A DNA stretch of 64,000 nucleotides from Octopus vulgaris. Its lineage: Eukaryota. The stretch covers positions 36,394,001 to 36,458,000 of the forward strand of contig OX597838.1 of the NCBI GenBank assembly GCA_951406725.2. The letters are read 5' to 3'. Numbering within the stretch: position 1 is the stretch's first letter; every line of letters starts with the position of its first letter. The translations under genes and the position numbers were made by a program. The notes under the pieces are model-generated. The model was not told the origin of the DNA and made no database searches. It saw only the letters and a list, made by a program, of their open reading frames with translations. Below, in pieces: positions 12,875 through 26,855 of the stretch.

Positions 12875-13140
12875 ATCTTTCATTATTTTTCCCTCTATAC
12901 CTGCGTGAATTATTTTGGAGTATACATTGTCTGAGAGATTCTTCTTATAGTAGAGGAAATAGCTAAAATTTTTTGGCTGCTATTTCTAAAAGTTCGGTGT
13001 GTGTGGTAAAGTAAATTATTTTACTGAACCCTAATTATATAATGTAATGTTTTAAATTTACCGTAAATGGTCTTTTTACATACTGAACACTACTTGGTAT
13101 AATTAATTAATAATTGATTGATTTTACCCTTTTATTATTG

Positions 13141-13188
<48 letters not shown>

Positions 13189-14651
13189 TATATTATATTA
13201 AATTAGATATAAAACCACTATTAGGCAAATCAAACAGTGAAAAACCTAAGCCAATACATAGAAATAAAATTAATTAAAAAATATATAAAAAATATAAAAT
13301 ATAAAAATCCAATTAAAATATTTTAATTAAAGTTAAAATTTTAAAAAATTATTTAAATTAATAATTTAAATTTATAAATTATAAATATATATATATTTTT
13401 ATATTTCGGAATGGTCATATTGCCAGTTTAAACGTATATATATTTTTTTATTATTTTATTTAATTTTTAATTTTTAAATTTTTATTTATATTTTTTATTT
13501 TTTTATTTTTTATATTTTATATTTATTTATTTATTCATTTATTAATTTTTTTTTATTATTTATTTTTTTTAAAAATCTTTTTTTTAATAAACTATCAAAA
13601 AGTATTACATGCCCACGCCGGTAGTCCAGTCAATGCCAGCATGGAAGACAGGGGTGTAAAATGATGGTGGTGATGATGATATACTCCTCCTGAAGCTATA
13701 TCTATAATTATAATCAAACCGACACACATTCATACAGGTGCACAGCACTCAATCAAAGAGGTATGCACACACTTCCCCCATACATATCGTTCTCGCACAT
13801 GCTGCTACAAAGGAACAGGTATCGTCAGTATATATGTAGATATCACCATATCTCCATTTCGGAATATCAAAACATCGCCATCTCTCCAGATCATCGCCTC
13901 ATAGCTTTTTATCTTGGAGCTGCTAACAAATTCATTGACTGCGCAATTAATCTATCTGGTAAGCGATTTCACGCTTGGCTGATTTTTGGCTTGTCTCTGT
14001 TTGATCATGGTGAGGGTGGCCATTAGGATCGGCTGGATTCCTAATTTCACTGGGGATCAACTTAATAACATGCGCTGGCTACTTTGCTTCTGTTAAGAAA
14101 TGGCAAAGCGAGATGACCACTCTACATCATTAAATTGTGTTACTCAACACACACACACACACACACACACATCACATTCACATAGGGAGATATGCATCTA
14201 CATGCATTCCTTTTAAACACCCACTTATGTATGTACTGGAGCATGTATTTGTGTATGTGTGTGTGTGTGTGTGTGTCTAGGAAGGTTTGAACTGACTGCT
14301 GCTACCCACAGAATACACACATATACATACATTTGGATATGGGAGTGCATATGCGTTATAAACATTTATATACCCACATATAATATGTGTTTGTGTGTGT
14401 ATATACATACATGTATGTATGTATATATATATACTACACTCGCGGAGTGGTTGGCGTTAGGAAGGGCATCCAGCTGTAGAAACATTGCCAGATCAGACTG
14501 TAGCCTGGTGCAGCCCCTGGCTTCCCAGACCCCAGTTGAACCGTCCAACCCGTGCTAGCGCGGAAAACGGACGTTAGACGATGATGATGATGATATGTAT
14601 ATATATATATCATTGCTAATTAAAGTACCATGTAATAGCTTTTGTTTAATG

Positions 14652-14683
<32 letters not shown>

Positions 14684-14990
14684 TATAATAATAATAATAA
14701 CGATCTTTTCTACCAAAGGTACAAGGCCTGGAATTTGGCAGGAAAGGACTAGTCGGTTACATTGACCCCAGTGTATCACTGGTACTTATTTTATTGACCC
14801 CGAAAGGATGAAAGGCAGAGTCAACCTCAGCAGAATTTGAACTATGTTCTGAGTTCAAATTCTGCCAAGATCGACTTTACTTTTCATCCATTTGCTGGGG
14901 TCAATAGAATAAGTATGAGTTGAACCCTGGAGTCAATGTAATCGACTCATTCCCACGCCACAAAATTTCTCCTCTTGAGGCAGAATTTGA

Positions 14991-15029
<39 letters not shown>

Positions 15030-15363
15030 TTCAAATTTTGACATAAGGGCAGCAAGATCGATGGAGGGGGGGTACATGATGGTGGTGAAAGTAATGAGGA
15101 CGATGATCGCAATGATGATGAAGGAGACGATGACGAGATGGTGGTGGTGGTGGCGGCGGCAGCGTCTTTGGCAGAATTGGTAGTAAGCTGGCCAAAATGT
15201 TAGCTGTCATTTCATCGGTCTTTATGTTCTCAGTTCAAATTCCACCAAGGTCTATGAAACAAGTACCGGCTGAAAAGGCAGGGTCGATATAATCTACTTC
15301 CTCATCCCCTGCCCCAAAATTGCTGTCCTGGTGGCAAAATTTGAAACCACCACCACCACCACC

Positions 15364-15413
<50 letters not shown>

Positions 15414-15624
15414 TGTAATTTTTTTTTATTTCATTTCTACGTAATGCTTGCCATTTCCATTATCAAACTATGATGCTGTCTTATCGTTATTAATTTCATT
15501 ATCATTATTAATCATCATCATCATCATTGTCTTCATTATCATCATCATTAGTCTTACTGGGACATCAATGCTATTATTTGTTATCGTTATTAATAAAAAT
15601 AATTGTGATAGTATTTATCAATAT

Positions 15625-15766
15625 TAATAATAATAATAACAATAATAATAATAATAATAATAACAATAATAATAATAACAATAATAATAATAATAATAAC
15701 AATAATAATAATAATAATAATAATAACAATAATAATAATAATAACAATAATAATAATAATAATAAC

Positions 15767-15798
<32 letters not shown>

Positions 15799-16066
15799 TA
15801 ATAATAATAATAATAACAATAATAATAATAACAATAATAATAATAACAATTATAATAATAATAACAATAATAATAATAACAATAATAACAATAATAATAA
15901 TAACAATAATAACAATGATAATAATAATAATTATAATAACAATAATAATAATAACAATAATAATAATAACAATTATAATAACAATAATAATAATAACAAT
16001 TATAATAATAATAACAATAATAACAATAATAATAATAACAATAATAATAATAATAATAATAATAAC

Positions 16067-16098
<32 letters not shown>

Positions 16099-16103
16099 TA
16101 ATA
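15625..16103. repeat. (AAT/AAC)n microsatellite, ~480 bp
   Basis: Read directly from the sequence. Confidence 0.97.
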
Positions 16104-16550
16104 AAAAGAAAAACAGAACAACAATAATCATGTTCTATGGTTTCTTCGTTGCTCTCGTATCTAATTGCTAAATTATCAAGAATTCTAAGAATAATGGTTG
16201 GAAATGTCGATATTTAAAAAAATAAATTCACAATAGCAAAAATGAATGACAGCTTGTTAAAACAGTTTTGTTTGATACATACACATTACATTTCTAATTA
16301 GTTCTCTCTCTCTCCATATGTGTGTGTGTGTCTGTGTGTGTGTGGAAGTGTGCACATACATATATAAAATATATATAGCATATATATATATATTTATATA
16401 ACAGGCATGGCTGTGTGATAAGAGGCTGGTTTCTCAACCATATGGTTCTAGGTTCAGTCCCACTGCGTGGCAAGTGTATTCTACTATAGTCTCAGACAGA
16501 CTAAAGCCTTGTGAGTGGATTTGGTAAATGGAAACTGAAAGAAGCCCGTA

Positions 16551-16585
<35 letters not shown>

Positions 16586-16595
16586 TATATATATA

Positions 16596-17183
16596 TTGGG
16601 TTGTCCGGAATATTCATGCCGATTTTTAAAAGAAAGAAAAAGGTCAATAAATACTTGCCATTAAATTTTTAATCAACCAAATATGAACCATTTTGTTGCA
16701 CAAAGTGTCTCCATCTTTGCTTTAACTTGAAAATATCCTCTTCCCAGAACTGAGGTAGTTTCATGGCAAAGAATTCTTCAAAGTATCTTTTTACGTCATC
16801 CAAGGAATTGAAATTTTTACCATTAAGACTATTCTGCAGAGATCTGAATAAGTGGAAATCCAAAGGAGCAATATCTGGTGAATATGGAGGGTGGGGTAAC
16901 ACATCCCAGCCAAGCTGCAGCAATTTTTGTCTGATTCCCAAAGCATCAAGTGCTGAAAATGAACTTTCTTATCTTCCATTTTAAAGGGCTACAGAATTAA
17001 CACAGATTATAGGAACATAAACCTTCTTCCACGAAAAGATAGCTTAAACTGTGCTCTAAATGGAATGAGTGAGTTGATTATATTGCCTCCAGTGTTCAGC
17101 TGGTACTTATTTTAACAACCCCGAAAGGATGGAAAGCAAGGCCAAGCTACTATAAATCGGCATGAACTTTCCAGACAACCCAA
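16596..17183 (-). mobile_element. Internally deleted mariner element
   Basis: TIRs TTGGGTTGTC(C/T)GGAA(T/A)..TCATGCCGATTT at both ends with TA flanks. The transposase N-terminus MEDKKVHFQHLMLW is joined to the C-terminus LPHPPYSPDIAPLDFHLF (YSPDLAP motif). Confidence 0.92.
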
Positions 17184-17206
17184 TATATATAAACATATAC
17201 ATATAT

Positions 17207-17590
17207 AGCTTGCTAACCAGCCACATGGTTCCGGGTCCAGTCCCACTGCGTGGCATCTTGGGCAAGTGTCTTCTGTTATAGCCCCAGGCCGACCAATGCC
17301 TTGTGAGTGGATTTGGTAGACGAAAACTGAAAGAAGCCTGTCGTATATATGTATATATATGTATATGTATGTGTGTGTGTGTGTGTTTTTGTGTCTGTGT
17401 TTGTCCCCCTAGCATTACTTGACAACCGATGCTGGTGTGTTTACGTCATCGTTACTTAGTGGTTCGGCAAAAGAGAACGATAGAATAAGTACTGGTCTTA
17501 CAAAGAATAAGTCCCAGGGTCGATTTGCTCGACTAAAGGCGGTGCTCCAGCATGGCCGCAGTTAAAATGACTGAAACAAGTAAAAAGAGG
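17207..17590 (+). mobile_element. SINE family A
   Basis: Consensus match, 5' end slightly truncated. Confidence 0.9.
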
Positions 17591-17899
17591 AAAAAAGCGA
17601 AAGAGAAGTGTACCGGGTGCCTTTTTCCATGGCACTAACACCAGTAAAGTCTTTAGGCAGCCCAGAAGTCTAGATTTCCTTAACTGAGTGGGATATAATA
17701 TACATTTCTTTATTGCCCACAAGGGGCTACACACAGAGGGGACAAACAAAGACAGAAAAAGGGATTAAGTCGATTACATTGATCCCAGTGCATAACTGGT
17801 AATTATTTAATTGACCCTGAAACGATGAAAGGCAAAGTTGACTTTGGTGGAATTTGAACTCAGATCGTAATGGCAGACGAAATACCGCTAAGCATTTCA

Positions 17900-18110
17900 C
17901 TGTTGGTTTGTTTATGTCCCTGTAATCTAGCAGTTCAATGCCCCATCATACCTTGATAACTGGTGTTCGGTGGTTTATGTCCCTGTAATTTAGTGGTTCA
18001 GTGCCCCACCATTACCTTGATAACTGGTGTTGCTTGTTTATGTCCCTGTAATTTAGCGATTCAATGCTCCACCGTACCTTGATAACTGGTGTTGGTTTGT
18101 TTATGTCCTC
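17900..18110 (+). repeat. ~63-bp minisatellite derived from a SINE A internal segment
   Basis: CCTTGATAACTGGTGTT..TTTATGTCCCTGTAA units start at 17951, 18015 and 18077, plus a partial first unit; continues into a diverged SINE A tail. Confidence 0.8.
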
Positions 18111-18306
18111 AAAGTGTAAGTGGTCAAGCAGAAAAGAACTGATAAAACACCAGACTTTAAAACTAGTCCAGGGATTGATTTGTTTGGCTAAAAACCTTCC
18201 AGACGACACTCCAGCATGGCCACGGTAGTCCTGCGACTGAAACAAGTAAAAGACAGAACGCCATCAAATACATATGTGTGTGTGTGTGTGCACATGTCTG
18301 CATATC

Positions 18307-18966
18307 TCTTTACTCCTTTTACTGCGGCCATGCTGGAGCACCACCTTTTTTTTTATTCAAGCAACTCGGCCTCGGGACTTATTCTTTGTAAACCCAGTAC
18401 TTATTCTATCGGTCTCTTTTGCCGAACCGCTAAGTGACGGGGACATAAACACACCAGCATCGGTTGTCAAGCAATGCTAGGGGGACAAACATATACGCAC
18501 ACACACACATATATATATATAGTTAATCCAAACAAGAAAACAAAAAAACACAACAATGCAAGGACGTGGAACAAATAAAGTATTATTGGACGCTCAGGAA
18601 AGAAGGGAAGAAGGAGGGTTTAACGTTTCGAGCAGAGCTCTTAGTTCGGAAACATAGGAGAAGGAAAGATCCTGAGAAGGGAAGACAGCGGAAAAAAAAT
18701 CGCCAGTGGTACTCACGAGGTCACATATATATATATATGGCGGCGTGCTGGCAGAAACGTTAGCACGCCAGGCGAAATGCGTAGCCGTATTTCATCTGCC
18801 GTTACGTTCTGAGTTCAAATTCCGCTGAGGTCGACTTTGCCTCTCATCCTTTCGGGGTCGATAAACTGAGTACCAGTTACACACTGGGGTTGATGTAATC
18901 GACTTCATCCCTTTGTCTGTCCTTGTTCGTTCCCTCTATGTTTAGCACCTTGTGGGCAATAAAGAA

Positions 18967-19009
<43 letters not shown>

Positions 19010-19174
19010 TACAACGGGCCTCTTTCAGTTTCCATCTACCAAATCCACTCACAAAGCTTTTTGGTCGGCCCGAGGCAATAGTAGAAGACACTTGGCCAAG
19101 GTGCCACGCAGTGGGACTGAACCCGGAACCATGTGGTTGGTAAGCAAGCTACTTACCACACAGCCGCTCCTGCG
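18307..19174 (-). mobile_element. SINE A with nested Penelope-pLTR-like piece (18521-18725) and SINE B (18739-18967)
   Basis: SINE halves at 18307-18490 and 19010-19174 are separated at the internal (TA)n tract. Confidence 0.85.
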
Positions 19175-19654
19175 CATGTGTGCATTTTTTATCCTTTCCC
19201 ACAATTTGATATAAAACATTTTCCTCTCTTGTTTCTTTGTCCACAGCTTTGTGTTGCAATGATAATTAAACGATTTCCAACTAATTAAAAGGTTTGATGT
19301 AAAGAATGTTGACATCATTAATATTGTAATAAACAAATGAACGAAATTCCTCTGCCCCCTTCCCCTCTCTCCACACACATGGTATTCACTCTTTTCCTCC
19401 CTTCTTTTCATGCCCCTCCCTCCTCTGCACCTTGCTTCCTCTTTACTCTCTCTTCTTCCTTTCTGCTCCTCTTTTGCCCTAGCACTCCCCACTCCTTTGA
19501 TTGCTTAATATATGACCCCGTTTCTGACCCTAAACCCTTGCTGTTAAATACAACCTTCCTGGACGTATTAATTGCAAAGATGAACAAACAAAATATATAA
19601 ATATACTGAATAATGATAATAATAATAATAATAATGATAATAATAATAATAATG

Positions 19655-19690
<36 letters not shown>

Positions 19691-19978
19691 TGAAGAAGAG
19701 GAGGGGGAGGAAAGCAGGAAATAAAGAAAAGGGACTTTTATATACTTTTATATATTCTTAGATTATAAAGTATAATTTAAAATAAAATAATTTTAAAAAT
19801 TCCAAAAAAATGAAAAAATATTTTTTTATCTTTTCCAATGTGCTGAAATTTTCTTCTTTGCCACGAATAATAATAATAACAACAACAACAACAACAACAA
19901 CAACAATAATAATAATAATAATAATAATAACAACAACATCAACAATTACTACTACTACAACTACTACTACTACTGCTG

Positions 19979-20028
<50 letters not shown>

Positions 20029-20341
20029 TCCACCATCACCATAATAATAATAATAATAAAAAGAAGAATGGATTTATTCTTTCGTCCTGTATAGTCTAGG
20101 CTATGATGGCCAAGAAAATTAAAAACATAAAAACAAAAGAAAAACAGGGATGAAATTAACATAAGTGGTAAAAAATTATATATAAAAATCAGGAATGTGA
20201 TTATATATATGTGTGTGTGTGTGTGTACATACATTTATATGTGTGTATATTTTACATATTATGAATGGAGACTCTGGGTAGTTCCTCAGAGAAGCACAGC
20301 ATTGAATAAATTTTGTGTGTGTATGTGTGTGTGTGTGTGTA

Positions 20342-20384
<43 letters not shown>

Positions 20385-20782
20385 CACACACACACCTCTA
20401 TGTATGTATATAATGTATATATGTGTGTACATCATCATTATTTAATGGTTATCTTCCATGCAGATGTATGTATGTATATATTTGTGATTTTGTATGTATG
20501 TTGAAAACTGTTGTCATGTATGTGTGTATACTCGCACATGGATGTAAGGTGTATGGAAAATAAAGAAAAAACTAGAAACGTGTGGATATTTAAATATATA
20601 TGAAAAATAACAGTAAAATACAAAATAAAAAAATATAAATAAGAACCACACATACTCACACACTCATGTGCACACGTATAGATATATTTATACATATCTA
20701 TATACACATTCACCCACATATATAATGAAAATTATAATAAAGATATTGAAAATATCATGACTATAATATAAAACCATAAAAT

Positions 20783-20831
20783 ATGTGTGTGTGTGTGTAT
20801 ATATATATGTATGTATGCATATATATGTATG

Positions 20832-20863
<32 letters not shown>

Positions 20864-20944
20864 GTATGCTTATATATGTATATATATATATATATATGTA
20901 TGCATATATATGTATATATATATGTATGTATGTATGTATGCATA

Positions 20945-20975
<31 letters not shown>

Positions 20976-21106
20976 GTATGCATATATATATATATATATG
21001 TATGTATGTATGTATGCATATATATGTATATATATATATATGTATGCATATATATGTATATATATATGTATGTATGCATATATATGTATATATATATATA
21101 TGTATG

Positions 21107-21138
<32 letters not shown>

Positions 21139-21211
21139 TATATGTATGTGTGCATATATATGTATGTATGTATGCATATGTATGTATGTATGTATGCATA
21201 TATATGTATGT

Positions 21212-21253
<42 letters not shown>

Positions 21254-21310
21254 ACATATGTGTTTACAGACACACCCACATTATATGCATACACAAGCAC
21301 ACGTCCACCG

Positions 21311-21348
<38 letters not shown>
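20783..21348. repeat. Compound (TA)n/(TATG)n/(TG)n microsatellite
   Basis: Read directly from the sequence. Confidence 0.95.
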
Positions 21349-22689
21349 ATTTGTACATAAAGGAAATGAAAAAAAAAATTTTTTAAACTGAGAATATTTT
21401 GAAAATTATGGATCTTAGGATCAACAACATCATGATTTAAAATTAAAGGATCTTTGTTTCCAACCCACTTTTAATTAAAATTATAATTCGAAGTAATTGA
21501 AGAAGAAAAAAAAAAGAGAGAAAAAAAAACTTAAACCAAAGGAGTAAAAGAACAAAAATTCAATAATGACAAGAAGTAATTTTGAACTTGTGTTTAAAAA
21601 TAACATATACATACGCATGTACACAAGCATATATTCATACACACACACACATATTTTGATACATACACACTTAAATTGTTAGATACACATACATCATTGC
21701 ATATATAAAATATATAAATACATGCAAAATCATATATATATATATATAAAATGATGCATATATATATGTATACATATATATATGTGTATGTATATATATA
21801 TATATATATACACACACATATATACATACATGCATAAACAATGAAATGACTGACACATACACTAATGTGCATGCCTATATATACACATACTTGCATGCCA
21901 CATGTACATACATGTAGACAAACACAAGGAGTCATGTGATCACAAATTCACATGCATATACATCAACATGTACGAGCATGAAGACAAATGCACAGAAGTA
22001 AATGTGCATATACATAACCAGACGTTCATGCACACAGCTACATACACAGTGCATGCGTATTCATATATGTACACATGTATATACATATACATACACATAC
22101 ACACAAATAGACACTCATAAACCTATGCACACAAGCATATACATATGAACAAATACACATGTACACATAGATGCTAACACAAACACACCTGTATATATAT
22201 ATGTTTAGCTGAAAGAGCTCAGATCGTTTTCAGATCTAAGATCCCTTACTCTCCCCTGAAATTTTCAGTAGTTGCAAACATATGAATAAATATATTTTGA
22301 AGCATTGGAAAATTTCGCCTGTACCTGGTTAACTTAATAACTTTCCAGCCTTATAATTTAAGGTCTGAGGAAGATAATTCTTTTACCTTTTACACATTTT
22401 ACATTTTAATTTTCACTTTTTCATTTTCCGTTTACCGTTTTTTAAAAAAATCTTCTGCATTTTCTAAATGCTGCCTTCTCCACTTTTTTGCGTTTCTTCT
22501 CTTGTTCAATGTTTTAGTTCGTTATATGTGTCTTGTGGCTGATGAATATGTTTGAGATATTTCTCAACACATGAATCTATTAGAAGCACTTAAAGACATG
22601 TATTGTGTCCTTTAGATATATAATTTTTATCTCTCACCACACCAGATGGAGTCCTTTTTTTGCTGACCTTTCTATCATGGAACAGTACA

Positions 22690-22734
<45 letters not shown>

Positions 22735-22738
<4 letters not shown>

Positions 22739-22900
22739 GAATTTACAAAAAGAAAGACGAAGACAGGTGTGTAAACAACAAACGTATTAATGCTAGGGAA
22801 GAAAAAGTCTTTTATGTTTCGAGCCTACGCTCTCCAACAGAAAGGAACTTAGAAATAAACAGGGAGAGAAAATCAAAAGAAGTTTAGTGGCTAGCGATCT
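22735..22900 (-). mobile_element. Penelope-pLTR-like island with variant hammerhead (22808-22844)
   Basis: Minus strand cttt-CTGTTGG-a-gagc(gtag)gctc-GAAA-ca-TA-aaag; homologous to 1105-1282. Confidence 0.65.
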
Positions 22901-23621
22901 ATATATATCCACATACACACACACACACACAAACACACATACAGATACATATATGTAGACTTACACAGACATACATATATGCAGACACACATACACCTAC
23001 AGAAACAAGTACATAGGAAGCAAATATATACACATGTGTAAAATCCACTCATATACACATACCAAGTCAACTGCACATACACATATACATGTATGCACAC
23101 ACACATCACACATGCACACGCACACACATGCACTCATAAAAGCCCCCCCACACACAATTATTAAAGGGCCCCCTACACACACATATTCAAGGACAGACAA
23201 AGGGATTAAGTCGATTACATCGACCCCAGTGCATAACTGGTACTTAATTTATCGAACCCGAAAGGATGAAAGGCAAAGTCGACCTCGGCGGAATTTGAAC
23301 TCAACGTAACAGCAGACGAAATACCGATAAGCATTTTGCCCGGCGTGCTAACGTTTCTGCCAGCTCACCTCCAAAGTGTAATAGGAATTTTCCATGCTTG
23401 CATGGGTTGGCTGGTTTGACAGGATTTAAGGGGCTGAAGGGCTGCCCAATGGACATTTTCCTCCAGTGAACATTTGGCTTTTCTTTCAAGGACTGGATGT
23501 ATTGCCAGTGCCAACTACTTTGGAGTGTGTACTAGGGACCTTGTTCATACCATCGGCATCAGTGAAGGTACCATGCAACTTCCAAGACTATGAGGCTTAA
23601 GTGGGTAGGAGGAATTTTATA

Positions 23622-23760
23622 TATTATTTACATTTGATGGATATTTCTCCACATTTTGTTTGTTGTTAACACGTTTTGGCTGATATACCCTCCAGCCTTC
23701 ATCAGGTGTCTTGGGGAAATTTTGAACCTGGATTCTCATTCCTAAGGTATTTTTCAATGT
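23622..23760 (-). mobile_element. Short repeat with decayed hammerhead (23668-23709)
   Basis: Minus strand acac-CTGATGA-a-ggctg(gagggtatat)cagcc-AAAA-cgtgt. GAAA is mutated and the cleavage region is shortened. Confidence 0.6.
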
Positions 23761-24110
23761 TGTTGTTATTATTATTTGGCCTCCGTGTCAGTGGCACATA
23801 AAAAGCACCATTCAATTGTGGCCGTTGCCAGCCTCATCTGGCCACCGTGCCGGTGGCATGTAAAGAGCACCATCGGATCGTGGCCATTTGCCAGCCCCGT
23901 CTGGCACCTGTGCAGGTGGCATGTAAAAAGCACCCACTACACTCATGGAGTGGTTGGCGTTAGGAAGGGCATCCAGCTGTAGAAACACTTCCAGATCAGA
24001 CTGGGCCTGACACAGCCTACGGGCTTCCCAGACCCCAGTTGAACCGTCCAACCCATACTAGCATGGAAAACGGACGTTAAACGATGATTATTATTATTAT
24101 CATTATTAAA

Positions 24111-24221
24111 GTCACTGCCTAGAATCAAACTTGGAATGCCATATGCCCATGGGCATATGGCGTAGTGGTTAAGAGCACGGGCTGCTAATCCCAAGATTCC
24201 AAGTTCGATTCCAGGCAGTGA
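24111..24221. repeat. Head-to-head tRNA-like (GCT anticodon) palindromic element
   Basis: Centre GCCATATGC-CCATGG-GCATATGGC. The right arm has an A box (TGGCGTAGTGG), an anticodon-like arm GGG-CTGCTAA-TCCC and a B box (GTTCGATTCC); the left arm is an internally deleted inverse. Confidence 0.65.
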
Positions 24222-24333
24222 TCTGAATAATAATAATAATAACAATTTGGTGGTGCACTGGGGATTGAGGATGGTGGGAACAATTTGGTTGCAAAGTGGG
24301 GTGAAGGAATAAAATGAAATATTTCAGATCATG

Positions 24334-24770
24334 GTGTAGGAGTGACTGTTTGGTAAGTAACTTGTCTACCAACCACATAGTTCCGGGTTCTGTCCCACTG
24401 CGTGGCACCTTGGGCAAGTGTCTTCTACTATAGCCTCGGGCCGACCAATGCCTTGTGAGTGGATTTGGTAGACGGAAACTGAAAGAACCCCGTCGTATAT
24501 ATGTATATATATATATGCATGTGTGTGTATGTGTTTGTGTGTATGTGTTTGTGTATGTGTTTGTGTGTCTGTGTTTGTCCCCCCAACATCGCTCGACAAC
24601 TGATGCTGGTGTGTTTACGTCCCCGTAACTTAGCGGTTCGGCAAAAGATACCGATAGAATAAGTACTAGGCTTACAAAGAATAAGTCCTGGGGTCGATTT
24701 GCTCGACTAAAAGGTGGTGCTCCAGCATGGCCACAGTCAAATGACTGAAACAAGTAAAAGAGTAAAAGAG
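24334..24770 (+). mobile_element. SINE family A
   Basis: Full-length copy. Confidence 0.9.
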
Positions 24771-24825
24771 TATATACAAAACAAACACATACATAAAATC
24801 TCCTCATTCACATAACAAATTAAGA

Positions 24826-24857
<32 letters not shown>

Positions 24858-26477
24858 GCAGATGCTTACACACTCATGTACGCGTACACACCCAAACGCA
24901 AAGACAGTTTGTAAGCAAACACACATACTCACATGCACATGTTTGCACATAATACATGCGCAGATGCACATAGACGACAAAAACCACACACAACCAAATG
25001 TACAGAACACCTATGAACGCATACATGCACACACACACACACGCATGCACACACACATGCACACACACACACATGCAAAAAACATGCACACACACACACA
25101 CACACACTAACATGCACACACTTGCATTCATTTCTTCTCTTGTTTAGGAATTGAATTGAAAGGCAATATTAACCAAAGAATTTAACGAATATTTCTTCTA
25201 ATCAACCCTCATTAGCCAAACTGATGTTGATTAAAAGCCTTTGAAAATGTTGACACAAACAAATTTATTGCAGGGGCTACAAATAAATTAAGGCACACAC
25301 ACACGCTTTCATTCGCATGCATACATCCATACACGCATGTGCATATGTGCACAGCTATTCCGTTAATTAAATAATTTTTAATTACACTTACAAAGACGTT
25401 TAAAAATAATTTCCGTTTTACATGTGCATTGTGGCTCAGGCTTGGCTGTGTGGTTAGCATGTTTGCTTCTCAATCATATGGTTTCAGATTCAGTCCTGCT
25501 ACATGGTACCTTGGGCAAGCATCTTTTATCATTGCCCTTGTGGCCGATGCCAGCGCCGCCTTGTCTGGCTTCCGTGCTGGTGGCATGTAAAAAGTACCAA
25601 CCGATCGTGGCTGTTGCCAGCCTCCCCTGGCACGTAAAAAGCACCCACTACACTCACGGAGTGGTTGGCATTAAGAACGGCATCCAGCTGTAGAAACACT
25701 GCCAGATCAGAGTGGAGCCTGGTGCCGCCTCCTGGCTTCCCAGACCCCGGTCGAACCGTCCAACCCATGCTAGCATGGAAAACGGACGTTAAATGATGAT
25801 GGATAGATTTGGCAGACAGAAACTAAAAGAGGTGGGGCGAGCTGGCAAAAACGTTAGCATGCCGGGCGAAATGCTTAGCAGTATTTCGTCTGCCGTTACG
25901 TTCTGAGTTCAAATTCCGCCTAGGTCAACTTTGCATGTCATCTTTTCGGTGTTGATAAATTAAGTACCAGTTACGCACTGGGGTTGATTTAATCGACTTA
26001 ATCCCTTTGTATGTCCTTGTTTGTCCCCTCTATGTTTCGCCCCTTGTGGGTAATAAAGAAATAACATTTGGTCACTATAAATAAATCAGTGGTGATGGTC
26101 ATTTGGCAAAAGCTGCATACTCATATGTCATCTTCGCCAGAAGAGTCCATCATGTGTGTGCACACACGTGTGTGTATGTGTGCATGCATGTGTGTGTGTG
26201 AGTGTCACTTTGTCTTGATATAGGTTGATAGTTGTAATAAACAGGTGAGTGTTGGCAAAGGGGAAGGCCATTTGGCTGCAGAAAATCTGACTCAATAATC
26301 TCCATCCAATCCATGCAAGCATAGAAAAGTGGACGTTAAAGCAAAGATGATGATGATGATGATGTATATGTGCATGTGGTTAAAAAGTTTGCTTCCCATG
26401 GTTCTGAGTTCAGTTCCAATGTGTGGAACCAAAGACTTGTGTTTGGATCTGGTAGATGGAAACTGTGAGAACCCTGT

Positions 26478-26518
<41 letters not shown>

Positions 26519-26549
26519 GTAACAGGCTTCTCACATATATATATATATA

Positions 26550-26855
26550 CTAGCAGTATCGCCTGGCGTTGCTTGGGTTTGTAAGGGAAATAACTATATA
26601 AGCATTTTTAGAGAGTTACTTCCCTTATATAACCCGAGCAAAAATCATTAAAAACGCGGAAAAATGATGGTAAATTTTTTTTAAATCGTAGACCCATCGT
26701 AGACATGTGCTAATACCCAGAAGGGCTCGATATGAATGACGACTATAAGATACCCGCTTTTGGTTAAACTGCACCGCAAAATGTGGGAGTAGTTAGGAAT
26801 CTAAATCGGAGGAGACAGAGTCTCACACACACAACTTCAATTTTATATATAAAGA
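26550..26855 (-). mobile_element. Non-autonomous Helitron
   Basis: On the minus strand it starts TC and ends CTAG after a subterminal hairpin, inserted between A and T within (TA)n. Homologous to 36881-37408. Confidence 0.85.

Noticed and set aside
12925-12970. Further hammerhead-like remnants (also ~10560-10615 minus and ~35785-35812)
   Set aside because: Too degenerate: core and stems cannot both be assigned.
15527-16171. 214-aa poly-Asn ORF
   Set aside because: It is the (AAT/AAC)n microsatellite, with no coding context.
17900-18110. CRISPR-like regularly spaced repeats (also 53754-54240)
   Set aside because: The inter-repeat sequence is itself repeated, the context is eukaryotic and there are no cas genes.
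20688-21391. Long YI/CV/HT-repeat ORFs here and throughout (4075, 49065, 52216, 58667 and others)
   Set aside because: They are translations of dinucleotide microsatellites, which lack stops by construction.
24153-24221. tRNA-Ser(GCT) gene; also tRNA-like heads at 29064 and 43463
   Set aside because: No acceptor stem or long variable arm; these are SINE-type tRNA-derived heads.
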